Positions 17,260 to 27,089 of a DNA stretch of 52,967 nt are shown here, piece by piece; within the stretch, counting starts at the first letter, position 1; the number at the start of each line of letters is the position of its first letter. This stretch comes from a virus (taxonomy: Duplodnaviria; Caudoviricetes). The DNA lies in the IMG/VR virus record IMGVR_UViG_3300043683_000021, positions 1 through 52,967 of that record; one strand, 5' to 3'. Below the pieces are notes generated by a model, which saw only the letters and a list, made by a program, of their open reading frames with translations, was not told where the DNA came from and ran no database searches. The position numbers and the translations under genes are program-made.

Positions 17260-19054
17260 GTTCGGACGCGCTCGCCGGATCACCACCGGAAGGCATCGTG
17301 ACATAGGTTGGAGCGGTCGCGCTCGCGACGTACTGACAGCGACCTTCGCCGCCTTCGTCACGGATGAAGCGCTGCTCCTCGAGGTGGCGAATGGCGTCAT
17401 CGATCACGGAGGCCCGTCCGCCGATCGATTCGCGAATAGCCCTGAGGCTCGTTCTCGGACTGACGCGCACAAAGTCCAGGATCCGCTGGATCAGTGATGC
17501 ACCGTCCGCATTCGCCAACACAAACTCTCCGCCCCCGAAGCGCATCTCGAAATCGCTCACGGGGAACCGGCCCTGCAACTTCACCGTCCGAAGCGAGTCG
17601 CGTTGATCCTCTGGCCGAGTCATCTCCGCCAGGACGTCGACGCCACCGCCGATCGCGCTCGAGCCGCGGAATCCGCCGCCCTTGTTGTTGTGGTGCGCGA
17701 TGAACAGCCCGAACTCGTTCTGGTGCGCAGCGTTACTCAGTCCCTGGACCAAGGGCTGCATTTGCGCCGCTGAATTCTCATCTTGCACGACGCCCATCCC
17801 GTAGGCGACGAGGGTATCGACGACGACGAGAACAGGTTCGACACGCGCCGCGACTTCGAGGATGTGCCCGATCCGCTCGTCTGTGGTGCCGTTCACGTGG
17901 TCGATGAGGTGCACGCGCCGGTGGTCAGCTCCAAAGTGTTGGAGTCTGCGCGCCAGGTCGCCCAGGGACTCCTCGAGTCCCGCGATCAGCACATTCCCAC
18001 ACAGACACGCGGCGCCAAGGAAACGACCGCCGGTCGACACCTGCATGGCGAGAAAGCCGATCAGTGTCGACTTGCCCGCCTTGAGCGAGGCGGAGAAGAG
18101 CGTACTGCGCCCAGTCCAGACGAGGCGTGGTACAACGGCCTCGGGGGGCCGCATCAATTCCGGATCCGCGAGCACTTCGTCGAGCCGCCACGACCGACGT
18201 GACGCGCGGCGCTCGCGTTGAATCACCAGCTCGAGCTCGGCATCGGTGCCGCCGGCGTCGAACCAGTCCGTGACATCCTGCTTCTCTTGGAGGCGGGGCA
18301 GCTGCACGACGTGCGCGGTCGCCCCATAGGCGGCGAGCGAGTTCGCAATGAGCTTCGCGTGATTCCGGCCGGCGTCATCGTTGTCCGGCATGATCACGAC
18401 GTCTGGCGCGCGCGTGAGCGCCTCCGCCATGGAGTCGCGCCACTTTCCCGCGCCCATCGGGGACGTGGTGGCGACGTGTCCGCGGTTGATTAGTGTCTGC
18501 GCATCTTTCTCTCCTTCGACGATGTAAATGCGTTTCCCGAGCGCGACCGCTTCGATCACCGCGGGCAGATTGAAGAGCACGGGCTCGACGTCGCCCAGCC
18601 CCGCGATCCAGGTGCCGTCCGCCGCGTAGCGAAATTGGCGGAAGGTCTTCGGCACGTACCGCCGGGTCTGGAAGAGCGGCTCGCCGTGCGCGTCGGTGTA
18701 GGTGTATTGATCGACGAGCGTGAGGCCGTTGCCGCGCCCGTGTCCGTTGCCCCCGTTCGACGGCGCCCGATCAGCGCGCGGTGCGAAGAGCTGCGATGGC
18801 TGCATACCCGCGCTCCGCACGATCGCATCGAACGTGCAGCCCGCGTGGCACTTTGTGAGCACCTTGCCGTCCCGGCCCACCGAGACGGAAAGCGAGGCGG
18901 TGCGATCGTCGTGCGCCGGACAGCGGGCAATCCAGTAGCTCCCCTTGGGCTGCACGCCCGCGAGGCGACCGAGGAGATCGCCAAGCGGGCCGTGCGGAAG
19001 CGAGGAGCCGTGTCCGATGCTGTCAGCCACGCGCTTCCTCGCTGCGTTCATCAT
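17240..19054 (-). CDS. Primase-helicase (Zn-binding, TOPRIM, RecA-like AAA_25, wHTH)
   Basis: CPAHDDRTASLS..CHAGC; IVEGEKDA and PDNDDAG (TOPRIM); ASLKAGKST Walker A; VVVDTL Walker B; AHHNNK..RGSSAI. Confidence 0.92.
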   Translation of the reverse strand: MMNAARKRVADSIGHGSSLPHGPLGDLLGRLAGVQPKGSYWIARCPAHDDRTASLSVSVGRDGKVLTKCHAGCTFDAIVRSAGMQPSQLFAPRADRAPSNGGNGHGRGNGLTLVDQYTYTDAHGEPLFQTRRYVPKTFRQFRYAADGTWIAGLGDVEPVLFNLPAVIEAVALGKRIYIVEGEKDAQTLINRGHVATTSPMGAGKWRDSMAEALTRAPDVVIMPDNDDAGRNHAKLIANSLAAYGATAHVVQLPRLQEKQDVTDWFDAGGTDAELELVIQRERRASRRSWRLDEVLADPELMRPPEAVVPRLVWTGRSTLFSASLKAGKSTLIGFLAMQVSTGGRFLGAACLCGNVLIAGLEESLGDLARRLQHFGADHRRVHLIDHVNGTTDERIGHILEVAARVEPVLVVVDTLVAYGMGVVQDENSAAQMQPLVQGLSNAAHQNEFGLFIAHHNNKGGGFRGSSAIGGGVDVLAEMTRPEDQRDSLRTVKLQGRFPVSDFEMRFGGGEFVLANADGASLIQRILDFVRVSPRTSLRAIRESIGGRASVIDDAIRHLEEQRFIRDEGGEGRCQYVASATAPTYVTMPSGGDPASASEPRVPSD

Positions 19055-20464
19055 TCCACAGGGAGGCCAGCTCCTCTTGCGACAGGCACGGGTAGAGTTC
19101 GCGCTGGCGGTCCGTCATCTCCGACCACGATGGCCCGAAGACGGCGGGCGGCGTCTCCGGCTTACGGGGCTTTGCTTTCTTCTGTGAGCGAGCGGCGCGA
19201 CGAAGAGATGCGCTCATCGTGGTTCCTCCCCGTGCTCGAACCGCGCGGCCCGACCGCTCGCATGCCAAGAGTCGAAATACTTCCGAGCGTTCGCATCCGT
19301 CTCTGGGTTTGAGAATTCCCAGCAGTCGCAGTGCCCCGCCACGAACCAATCGAGAAGCCAAAGCGACCGCTGCGCCTGGAAGTCCGGGCGTCCGGTGTCC
19401 CTCAGTGGTACGCCGAACCTCCAGACGTCGTGCTCGCCAAGCTCCCCGCTGACGAGATAGACGGGTTGTCCGGTGTGCACTGATAGCTCATGGCAGAGTT
19501 GCGCCTCGTGCTCCGTCGGAGAGGCGCCTTTGACTTCCAGGTACGCCGTCTCTTGGATCCAAAAATCGGGTAGGTACATACCAGAGGGGAGGCGATACCC
19601 TTCCGGCTCGTAAATCCACGTCGGCAGTTCCTTCACTGCGCTGAGCGCGACGGCCCATCGCGCCTCCAATCGAGAGCGGAATCGGTAGCCGCGATACCGC
19701 GTCTCGATGGCGCGGATAGTGTGCTCGCTCATGCGGCGATACTCCGCATCTCGAGCTCGCCCCGCAGTCGCGCGTTCTCCTCGAGCAGCGCGTGATACGC
19801 GTCCACGATCGCGCGCGCGTGCTCCGTGTCCGGTTGCGGCACGGGCCCGAATCCGCCGGCGTGCTTCGTCAGGGCGGCGATGTGATCAGAGAGCGCGTGC
19901 GCGCGGGCGATGACGTTCATCATCTAGCCGCCTTGCGATCAAGGGCTTCGAGCAGCTCCACGCGATTGACTATGAATGCTGCAAGACTGATCAGGCGCTC
20001 GCGGGAAGCGCACTGGATGTCATCGAGCGTGAACATGTCCCACGCGCACGGATTGCTCGTCTCGCACTCGGCGGCGATGTCGAGAAGCACCGCATCTCGC
20101 GGGCTGTCGCCGTTTGCAATGACTGCGCGAACGGAGGCGCGCATGATCTTGGGCGCGTGCCAGGAGGGGTCGTGAATGGTGCAGCCAGCGGGATAGTTCC
20201 TTACGAACCATGCTGCGAATTCCCGTTCGGCCTTCCTCTCATTATTCATGCTCACGCATCCCTCCGAATTGCTTCGAGCACGAGCCGCCCTTCGCGAATC
20301 TTCTGCGCGAAGTTGCGGAGCTGTCCGGGCGTGAACTCGCGCGGGCCGCGATCGGCGCACTTCTCGAAATAGCGCTCCACGAGAGAAAGCTCAGTCGCGG
20401 ACTCGCGCAGCTCGTCGGCAGCGCCGCGCACGAGCTTGAGGGGCGGGCGGATGGAGGTGGTCAT
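19023..20464 (-). CDS. Small hypothetical genes flanking the nuclease (20252..20464, 19920..20255, 19729..19923, 19023..19217)
   Basis: Translationally coupled chain. Confidence 0.55.
19214..19732 (-). CDS. PD-(D/E)xK nuclease-family protein
   Basis: IRAIETRYRGYRFRSRLEARWA...YEPEGY...YLPDFWI...YLEVKG. Confidence 0.85.
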   Translation of the reverse strand: MSEHTIRAIETRYRGYRFRSRLEARWAVALSAVKELPTWIYEPEGYRLPSGMYLPDFWIQETAYLEVKGASPTEHEAQLCHELSVHTGQPVYLVSGELGEHDVWRFGVPLRDTGRPDFQAQRSLWLLDWFVAGHCDCWEFSNPETDANARKYFDSWHASGRAARFEHGEEPR

Positions 20465-21288
20465 GCGAACACCAGCGGCATTTCGGTATGGCGCACGCCA
20501 TCGAGCAACGCCTTCTCTCCGCCGCGCTTGTCAGGGAAGCCGCCGAGCTGCTTCAGGAAGAACGCGACGCCCGCGCGCGCACAGTCGTCGCGGAGGATGC
20601 GCGCCCAGTTCAGATCGAAGGGACGCGGACTAGGTCCGCTCTCTCCGCCCGCGATCACCCAGTCGATGCGCCCCATCCGCCGTCCCGGCACGAACGCAAC
20701 CGGCGGATGATTCGGCCACTCGAGCACGTCCACCCCGATGAAGTCCGGGTCCATCCACGCGAGCTGACGATCGGCAAGTCGCTCATATGGATTCACCCGC
20801 GTGAGGTGCAGCGGGGCGAGCAATGGCTCTGCCGAGATGAATCGGACCGCGGCGGGGAACTGACAGAGGAGCGCGGCGCGGTAGTCGTATCGCTGCGACT
20901 CGACACTCACACCAAGCCAGACATTCGGATAGCCGGAGTGGCCCCAGTCGCGCGGCAGATGTTCGGCGATGCGCTCGGGGCGCTTCGTGAGAATCTGATA
21001 GGTGTGGTGCGGCGTCCGGCGGATGATGTCCCATGCCTCATCGCGCCACTGATCGGCGTCGGCGTGAAACCAGTCCGACCACGAGCACGTGAAGATCGTG
21101 CGCGGCTCTTTCCATTTCAGCGGGTCCGCGAACTTTGTCTTCGATCGACGCACCACCTCGGGATCGTGACCGTACTGCCGCTGCTCCTTGAACATGTAGC
21201 AATGCGCGCAGCCGGGGCTCACGCGCGTGCAACCCATCCACGGATTCCAGGTGGCTTGCGTCCATTCGATCGCGGAGGTTTCAGCCAT
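20461..21288 (-). CDS. DUF5131 (phage Gp37/Gp68) radical-SAM-like protein
   Basis: TSAIEWTQATWNPWMGCTRVSPGCAHCY, QILTKRPER, FISAEPLL, DWVIAGGESG and FFLKQLGG motifs. Confidence 0.93.
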   Translation of the reverse strand: MAETSAIEWTQATWNPWMGCTRVSPGCAHCYMFKEQRQYGHDPEVVRRSKTKFADPLKWKEPRTIFTCSWSDWFHADADQWRDEAWDIIRRTPHHTYQILTKRPERIAEHLPRDWGHSGYPNVWLGVSVESQRYDYRAALLCQFPAAVRFISAEPLLAPLHLTRVNPYERLADRQLAWMDPDFIGVDVLEWPNHPPVAFVPGRRMGRIDWVIAGGESGPSPRPFDLNWARILRDDCARAGVAFFLKQLGGFPDKRGGEKALLDGVRHTEMPLVFA

Positions 21289-22655
21289 TCGCCACCACCT
21301 CCGCGCCGTTCTCAACGACCTGGCGAAGCCGCGCGATCTGCGCATCGCGCGCGGCGAGTTGCTCGTTCAGCGCGCGCCCCTCCGCACTGCGCTCCGCGAG
21401 CTGCCGGCGAATCGCGCGGAACTCTGAGACGAGGCGTGACACATCGGTATTGAGCAGCTTGAGGGTATCGATGGACATGCCTCTGCCGGAGTGCAGCAGG
21501 GCGCGCACGCGCGATTCGATCGCCGCGAGCTCCTCTTCGGTGTGTGGCTCGCTCATGCGACCCCCGCGCGCTTCATGGCGCGAGCGAGGAGGCCCAAGCG
21601 CTTTCCGTATTCCACGCTGGCGGCCTCGTAGCGCTCAGCGAAGAACTTGATGTGGCGTCGAACGATCGGCTTGTGCAGCTGCTCGCGATTCGAGCGGACA
21701 TACTCCACTAGTTGATCGGCGTAGTGCCGCTGCGTCGCCAGTGCGAGCTGCGCGCGAATCTTGGCGTTCAGCACTGGCTTCGGCATCTTCGCGCTCATAG
21801 CGCATCCCCCAGTGTCGGTCGAATCAAATCCTCGAGTTCGCGAACCTGTTTGATCGCGACCTTGAGAAACGTCCGCCCGCTCGAGAGATCGCCATTCCCG
21901 CGCAGCTTGCGCTCGGCGGCGAGGAGGCTCTTCTCGATGGCGATGCAGCGGTCGTAGATCGCGAGAAACGGCTCCGTCCGAAAGTCGGCGTCGCTCACCG
22001 GGCCCCTCCCGCATCGTTGTAGCCGGGGATCGGGTCCGGCGTCTGGATTCGCTCCAGTTGGGAGATGCGGAGCCCGCACGCGCGCAGCTGCTTGGCGACG
22101 TCCGCCTGCAGGACGGTCCCCGCGATCGCAGCGTCGCGATTCATCGAGTTCCACGTCGTCTGCAACTCTGCGAACTGCGCGCGCTCATTCGTGAGCTCGA
22201 GCGCCAGCGTCTCCGGCGTCATGGCGGTGGCGGTCATGCGGACACCGGGGCGTCGTCTTCGTCATCGATGCGGGCGACGAGCCTGCGAAGACCCGCGACC
22301 TGAGAGTCGAGACTAGAGAGAGTCGTCTCGGCGCTCTCAAGCTCAGTCTTCGCTTTCTCGATCTGACTGCGCGTGTCCGTGACCTCGTTCCCGAGATCGT
22401 CGATGCGGGAGATGAGATCGGCGTAGGATTGCGCCTTCATGCTGCACCTCGCATCAGCCGCAGCTCGTCGCGTTCACCCGGGCCGACCGGCCACTGGCCA
22501 CGCGCGAGTAGATGCGCTTTCGCGAGCGCGATCGTCCGGCATCGCTCGGCGCGCGTGAATCGGCGCCACGGCACGCCGGGATAGAGCAGTCGCTCGGCTT
22601 GGGCGATGAGATCGACGCGGCGCGGACGGTTGGGGGAGCGACGGCGGCGGGTCAT
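21281..22655 (-). CDS. Six small coupled genes, mostly coiled-coil (22437..22655, 22234..22440, 21995..22237, 21795..21998, 21553..21798, 21281..21556)
   Basis: Each overlaps the next by ATGA or GTGA. Confidence 0.6.
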
Positions 22656-23014
22656 CGGACCACCGGCCGCTTCGTCGGCTTCCACCACAGCAACACCTTC
22701 GGCCGCTCCATCGGCACCATCGTGACGGCGTCGAACACGTCCATCCCCATCGATGCGGCGACGCCGAGTTCGATGCGCGCGCCTTTCGACTTCTCCCATC
22801 CGGGGAGGAGCGCGATCGCGTTGCACCGGACGAGCTGCGCGAGACCGTTGCCGAGATATTCCTCGTACGGGCGCGTGGTGTCGCCGCCGAATGTCTCAGC
22901 TGGATTCTCGACCTCGCGACCCGTGGCGCGGAATCGCGCGGCGGCGGCGTGAAATGCCGGGTAGTTGTACTCGGGGAGACCCGTCATTGGGCCGGCGATG
23001 TAGACGCGGCTCAT
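22652..23014 (-). CDS. DUF4406 family protein (nucleoside deoxyribosyltransferase-like fold)
   Basis: RVYIAGPMTGLPEYNYPAF...NPAE...CNAIALLPGWEKSKGARIE. Confidence 0.92.
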   Translation of the reverse strand: MSRVYIAGPMTGLPEYNYPAFHAAAARFRATGREVENPAETFGGDTTRPYEEYLGNGLAQLVRCNAIALLPGWEKSKGARIELGVAASMGMDVFDAVTMVPMERPKVLLWWKPTKRPVVR

Positions 23015-23352
23015 GCTTCCCACCCGATCCACGCGCCGTTGCTGCGCGCGATGTCGCGGTACATCTCCACACTCGTTCCGAGGCTTTCCGCCGCGCGCTT
23101 CCGCATCTCGCGGTGCATCGCCTGGCTCCCCGCCGCGCAGCGGAGCTTGAGCCGGTGCGCCGCGAGCATCGCGTACGCTTCCGGCGAGTGACGATGGCGG
23201 CGATTCGGGCGGAGACGACCACCGAAGGCATCGCGCGTGCGAGGCGGTTTCGGGCGCGGCCCCGGCTTGCGCGCGGGCACTTCAGCGCCGCCCGGTGCAG
23301 CGCCGATCGCGGCGATGGCAGCAAGGATGCCGAGATTCCCGAGGCGGCTCAT
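23011..23352 (-). CDS. Basic hypothetical protein
   Basis: 113 aa from ATG 23352; ATGA overlap with the DUF4406 gene. Confidence 0.5.
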   Translation of the reverse strand: MSRLGNLGILAAIAAIGAAPGGAEVPARKPGPRPKPPRTRDAFGGRLRPNRRHRHSPEAYAMLAAHRLKLRCAAGSQAMHREMRKRAAESLGTSVEMYRDIARSNGAWIGWEA

Positions 23353-23731
23353 CGCGACACCTCGAAGAGCGAGGGTTGCGCGGGCAGGATCCCGCCGGCG
23401 ACATACGCGTCGCGCTCCGCCTGCGTCCACCACCCGGAGGTGTGTCCGACCGGCGGCAATTCGGCGAGGAGATAGCGCCCCGTGATCCCGGCGATGCGGC
23501 GCGTGCCGCCGCCGATCATTGACATCGATTCGGCGCGCTTCACTGGGCACCCGCCAGCCCAAAACGAGCCCCGACGATGGCGCACGCGGGCCGATCGCCA
23601 GCGGTTTCGAGGTACGTTTTAGGGACGCTTTCGGGAGCGCGTAGAGCGGCCTCAGCGGCCGATTTCTCGCCGTTTCCTACTACTTTATCCGCGTTTTGAC
23701 GGAAAGAGGCCCTATCGCGGACAGCCCGGTG

Positions 23732-23767
23732 TGAAGCGGTCGTCAGTTCAATCCTGACCGCTGGCTC
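23732..23767 (+). other. attP core: 3' half of a tRNA (probably tRNA-Thr)
   Basis: TGAAG-CGGTC-GTCAG-TTCAATC-CTGAC-CGCTGGC-T-C reads as anticodon-stem 3' strand, variable loop, T-arm, acceptor 3' strand and discriminator U. No D-arm or 5' half upstream; 110 bp from the integrase stop. Confidence 0.85.
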
Positions 23768-23793
23768 TATGTTAAAAGCGCCTGTTGGACCAT

Positions 23794-23817
23794 AACGCCT
23801 CCGTGACCGGGGGCGTT
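23794..23817 (+). terminator. Hairpin downstream of the tRNA fragment
   Basis: AACGCCTCCG-TGAC-CGGGGGCGTT; placed to end the reconstituted host tRNA after integration; weak U-tract. Confidence 0.5.
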
Positions 23818-23877
23818 CGTGCGTGAGGTTCATTTTAGGTACGGTTTCGGGTGAGTGTTGGGGCTGGTTCGAGGGCC

Positions 23878-25092
23878 TCATCGCTTGGTCTCCAGCACGC
23901 TCGCGGCGCGCTCCATCCGCTCCTTCCGCTTCTTCAAATAGGCCCGCGCCTGCTTCATGTCGCGGTCCCCGATCCACTGCATCCCGAGCCGATCGTCGCC
24001 GGTCCGATCCGCGACATCGCCGGCGACCATCTTCCGGAAGCCGTGCACGGCGCGGTACGGGAGGTGCTCGACGTTCGCGTCTTTCTCCGCCTGAGTGAGC
24101 GCGATCCAGAGCGACTGATAGCTCCACGGGAGGTTCCGCCCCTGGCGGTTGTGGCCGAATGCGGGGAGTACCCATGGTGAGCGTGAGAGCTGCTCGGCCC
24201 GGATCCGCTGCGTGTGATTCATCCGCGTCCACTCGCGGCCGGTCGGGAGCTCGGCCCAGAGGCGCGCGGTGCGAAAGGCGCTGATCGCTTCCCACGTCAT
24301 CGGGTGCACCAGCTCCTCGCCGTTCTTCTGATACGCGGCGGGCCAGATGATGAGCCCTTCCTCGAAATCGATGTCCTCCCAGCGGAGGTGCAGCACGGCG
24401 TTGGCGCGCTGGCCGTGATGGCCCGCCAGCATGAGTGCGACCCACGGCCGCCACGTCCGGTTGGACTGGGGATTCATCTTCGTGAGCAACGCCGTGAACT
24501 CGGCCTCGGTGTACTCGGCGGGCTCATTGACCTTCGCATCCTTCGGGCGCTTCCACCGATGGAGCGCGAGCTCGTTCGTGCGGACGAGCTTCCGCTGCTG
24601 GCCCCAGTTGTAGACCACACGCACGACGTTCAAGACTTGGCGAATCTGGTTGATCGCCATATCCGCGGCGCGTCCGGCTTCGATGAATTGATCGAGGTGG
24701 AGGAGCGTCGTCTCGTCGACCGGCGTCTCGGGCGTGCGGAACGCCATCCATTTCTGGAAGCGGGCGCGGTAGGCGATCTTCGACGTCGGACGGAGATCCG
24801 TGAAGGCGGGCGCATTCGCGTACGCGTCCCACAGCTGCTGATGCGTCACAGGCGTGTGCGCGACGGGCTTCTTCTTCGCTTCCTCGAGGCGCGCGCGCTC
24901 GTGCTGGTACGACTGCGCCCACAGCACCGCGGCGCGCCGTCCCTCGCGATCGTCGGTGAAGATGCGCTTGTGCTTCCCGCCGGCGGAATCACGGTGGGCA
25001 ACCTCGACGCGCTTCCGCTTGAGGTCGACGACGGCCTTCACCTTGTCGCCGCGGGAGCCGCCCTCGTAGAGGACTTTCCGGCGCGGGCTCAC
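23878..25092 (-). CDS. int: Tyrosine recombinase (integrase)
   Basis: GQRANAVLHLRWEDIDF (R), QKNG (K), HGFR (HxxR) and ARAY (Y); start at GTG 25092; adjacent to attP. Confidence 0.92.
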   Translation of the reverse strand: MSPRRKVLYEGGSRGDKVKAVVDLKRKRVEVAHRDSAGGKHKRIFTDDREGRRAAVLWAQSYQHERARLEEAKKKPVAHTPVTHQQLWDAYANAPAFTDLRPTSKIAYRARFQKWMAFRTPETPVDETTLLHLDQFIEAGRAADMAINQIRQVLNVVRVVYNWGQQRKLVRTNELALHRWKRPKDAKVNEPAEYTEAEFTALLTKMNPQSNRTWRPWVALMLAGHHGQRANAVLHLRWEDIDFEEGLIIWPAAYQKNGEELVHPMTWEAISAFRTARLWAELPTGREWTRMNHTQRIRAEQLSRSPWVLPAFGHNRQGRNLPWSYQSLWIALTQAEKDANVEHLPYRAVHGFRKMVAGDVADRTGDDRLGMQWIGDRDMKQARAYLKKRKERMERAASVLETKR

Positions 25093-25457
25093 GCGGCACC
25101 CGCCCGCGCATCCGCGCGCGCCGAAGCTTCCGCATCGGCTTGCACCTGTGCCAGATCGATGCGACGCGGGAGAACAACTTCGCGATACTGCCGCTCGCGT
25201 GAGTTCGTCGGCGCGCGCCGCGCATTCCCGTCGCGCTCCCATGCCTCGTATTTCCCGCGGAGCCACGCGCGCCCTTTGCCCGTGTAGAGCATGGCCTCGG
25301 CTTCTGAGCGCCACGTCAGATACGGGAGCGCGGCCACACGGACGGCTTCGCACAGCTCCTCGAGTGTCGCGAGTGAGACCTGTGTCACACCCCGGCGCTC
25401 GAGCACCTTGGCATCGCTCCGCGCGTCCGCGAGCACCTGTTCGAGCGATTGGCTCAT
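25089..25457 (-). CDS. Putative excisionase/HTH protein
   Basis: WRSEAEAMLYTGKGRAWLR resembles a MerR/Xis-type HTH; overlaps the int start. Confidence 0.55.
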   Translation of the reverse strand: MSQSLEQVLADARSDAKVLERRGVTQVSLATLEELCEAVRVAALPYLTWRSEAEAMLYTGKGRAWLRGKYEAWERDGNARRAPTNSRERQYREVVLPRRIDLAQVQADAEASARADARAGAA

Positions 25458-27089
25458 CGCGCGAGCTCTACTGCGAATTGCACGAATGGCTCGAACGATC
25501 CCTCGCACGGCTGTCCTGACGACCAGTAGTGCCCGCCCTTGCGGGGGACTCGTGCGAGTTCGCGCATCTCATGCTCGTTCTGAGTGAACGCGCCGACCTT
25601 GCCACAGGTCGAGCAGCGATAGAGATGCACGATCATTCGTCCACCTCGACCCATTCGGGCTCGGTGAGAATGCGCCGATGCACGAACACGTCCTGGGATT
25701 CCAGGGTGAGTAGCGTGCCATCATCGCCGTACGAGATCGCGAAGTTGTCGGTATCGGCTACCCGCTCCCAGCGCGCCACATCTTGTTGCTGCTCGATCGG
25801 AATAGGGCGCACGTCGCGTCGGTCCCCGCCCCAACTCGCCGTCCACATTTCAGCGACCGAGTGAAACTTCACGGCGTCGTTGAGGTTATCGACGATGGTC
25901 GTAGACTCGCCCATGTAGCGCGGATTTTCCGAATGGAGTCGGAACACCCAAAGCCGCTTCTTCACGGCGCCACCGCCTTGGGCTTCTCGATGAACGGATC
26001 CATGAACAGCGAGAGCTCGTTGCGCGCCTTCTCGTGGCGATGATGCGCGCGTACGGCGCCCTGCGTGTCGCGTCCGGGATTGAGCGCGACGTCGCGGGCG
26101 GACTCGACGAGTTCCCGGACGTGTTTCCAGAATGCGCGCTGCTGGTCGAAGCTGAGGAGCGGGGGAGTCATGCTTTCTCCGCCTCGCAGTAGTGCGGGTG
26201 CTTCGAGGCCATGTGACGCGCGAGATTCTCGAACGTGCGACTGCACGCGGGACAGACTCCGTTCTTCACGCGGTTCTTGATCTTGGTGACTTGGCCGCGC
26301 GCAGCGGCGACCTGGCGCGCTTTCGCCTCGACCCGACGAGTGAGGTGCTCCGCGTGCGCACGCGACTGCTCGAGCTTGTGCTTCTCGCGCGCGAGTTCGT
26401 CACGCAGCTTGGATGCCTCGCTCGTACGTCCGGGCACGAAGGTGTGGCCGAGCGGGCAATGCATCGACCAGTTACCGCCGCGATCGATCCAGAACTCGTA
26501 CAGACTCTTGCCGACAACGAATTCCGTACCGCACCAGCATTTCACGGGAGCGGACGCCTGTTCGACGAACACCTGTGTAATCGGATTGAAGCTCATGCGA
26601 CCTCCGTTGTCGCCACGAGGTTGCGGCTCTTATGGACTTCGCGGTCGTACGTCGCGCGGAGCGTGGCCGCGTCTTTCCCGGTCGCGCAGCGTGAGCAGAC
26701 ACCCATCCGCGAATAGCGATCGACGCGCGACCAGGTGCAGCCGCCCGGGCACCGCTTCTCGTCGGAGCACGCACAGCCCACGCAGCGGGCGATGGCTTCG
26801 CGGCTCATGCGCGCACCCCCTGCAGCTGTATAGCTAGCCGTAGCGCGTCTGCGGCCAGCGTCACCAGCGCGTCGTGACGCTCCTCCGGTGATGTGTCGGT
26901 TGCGATCACCTTGAGGGTCGGCACCTCGCGTGCGTGCCACCAATCCGCGATCAGATGAGACACCGACTCGCCGTTTCGCTCAGGACCAGCGACAGCGAGC
27001 TTATCGAAGACGGCGCGAACGATGTCCGTCGCCTCATCGGTCGCGTACACATGCTGCAAGCGCGTCTTGAATCCGGATGCGCGTGCCAT
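25454..27089 (-). CDS. Small early genes (26805..27089, Cys-rich 26593..26808, Zn-finger coiled-coil 26168..26596, 25962..26171, 25633..25965, 25454..25636)
   Basis: Coupled chain; 26168..26596 has CWCG, CPLGH and CPACSRTFENLARHMASKH. Confidence 0.6.

Larger units (their letters stand above)
23601..23851. repeat. Integrase arm-type sites flanking attP
   Basis: GGTACGTTTTAGGGACGCTTTCGGG (23611-23635) vs GGTTCATTTTAGGTACGGTTTCGGG (23827-23851); 11-bp periodic units on both sides of the core. Confidence 0.7.

Noticed and set aside
23690-23770. Complete tRNA gene
   Set aside because: Only the 3' half is present; there is no acceptor 5' strand, D-arm or anticodon loop, so it is treated as the attP core.
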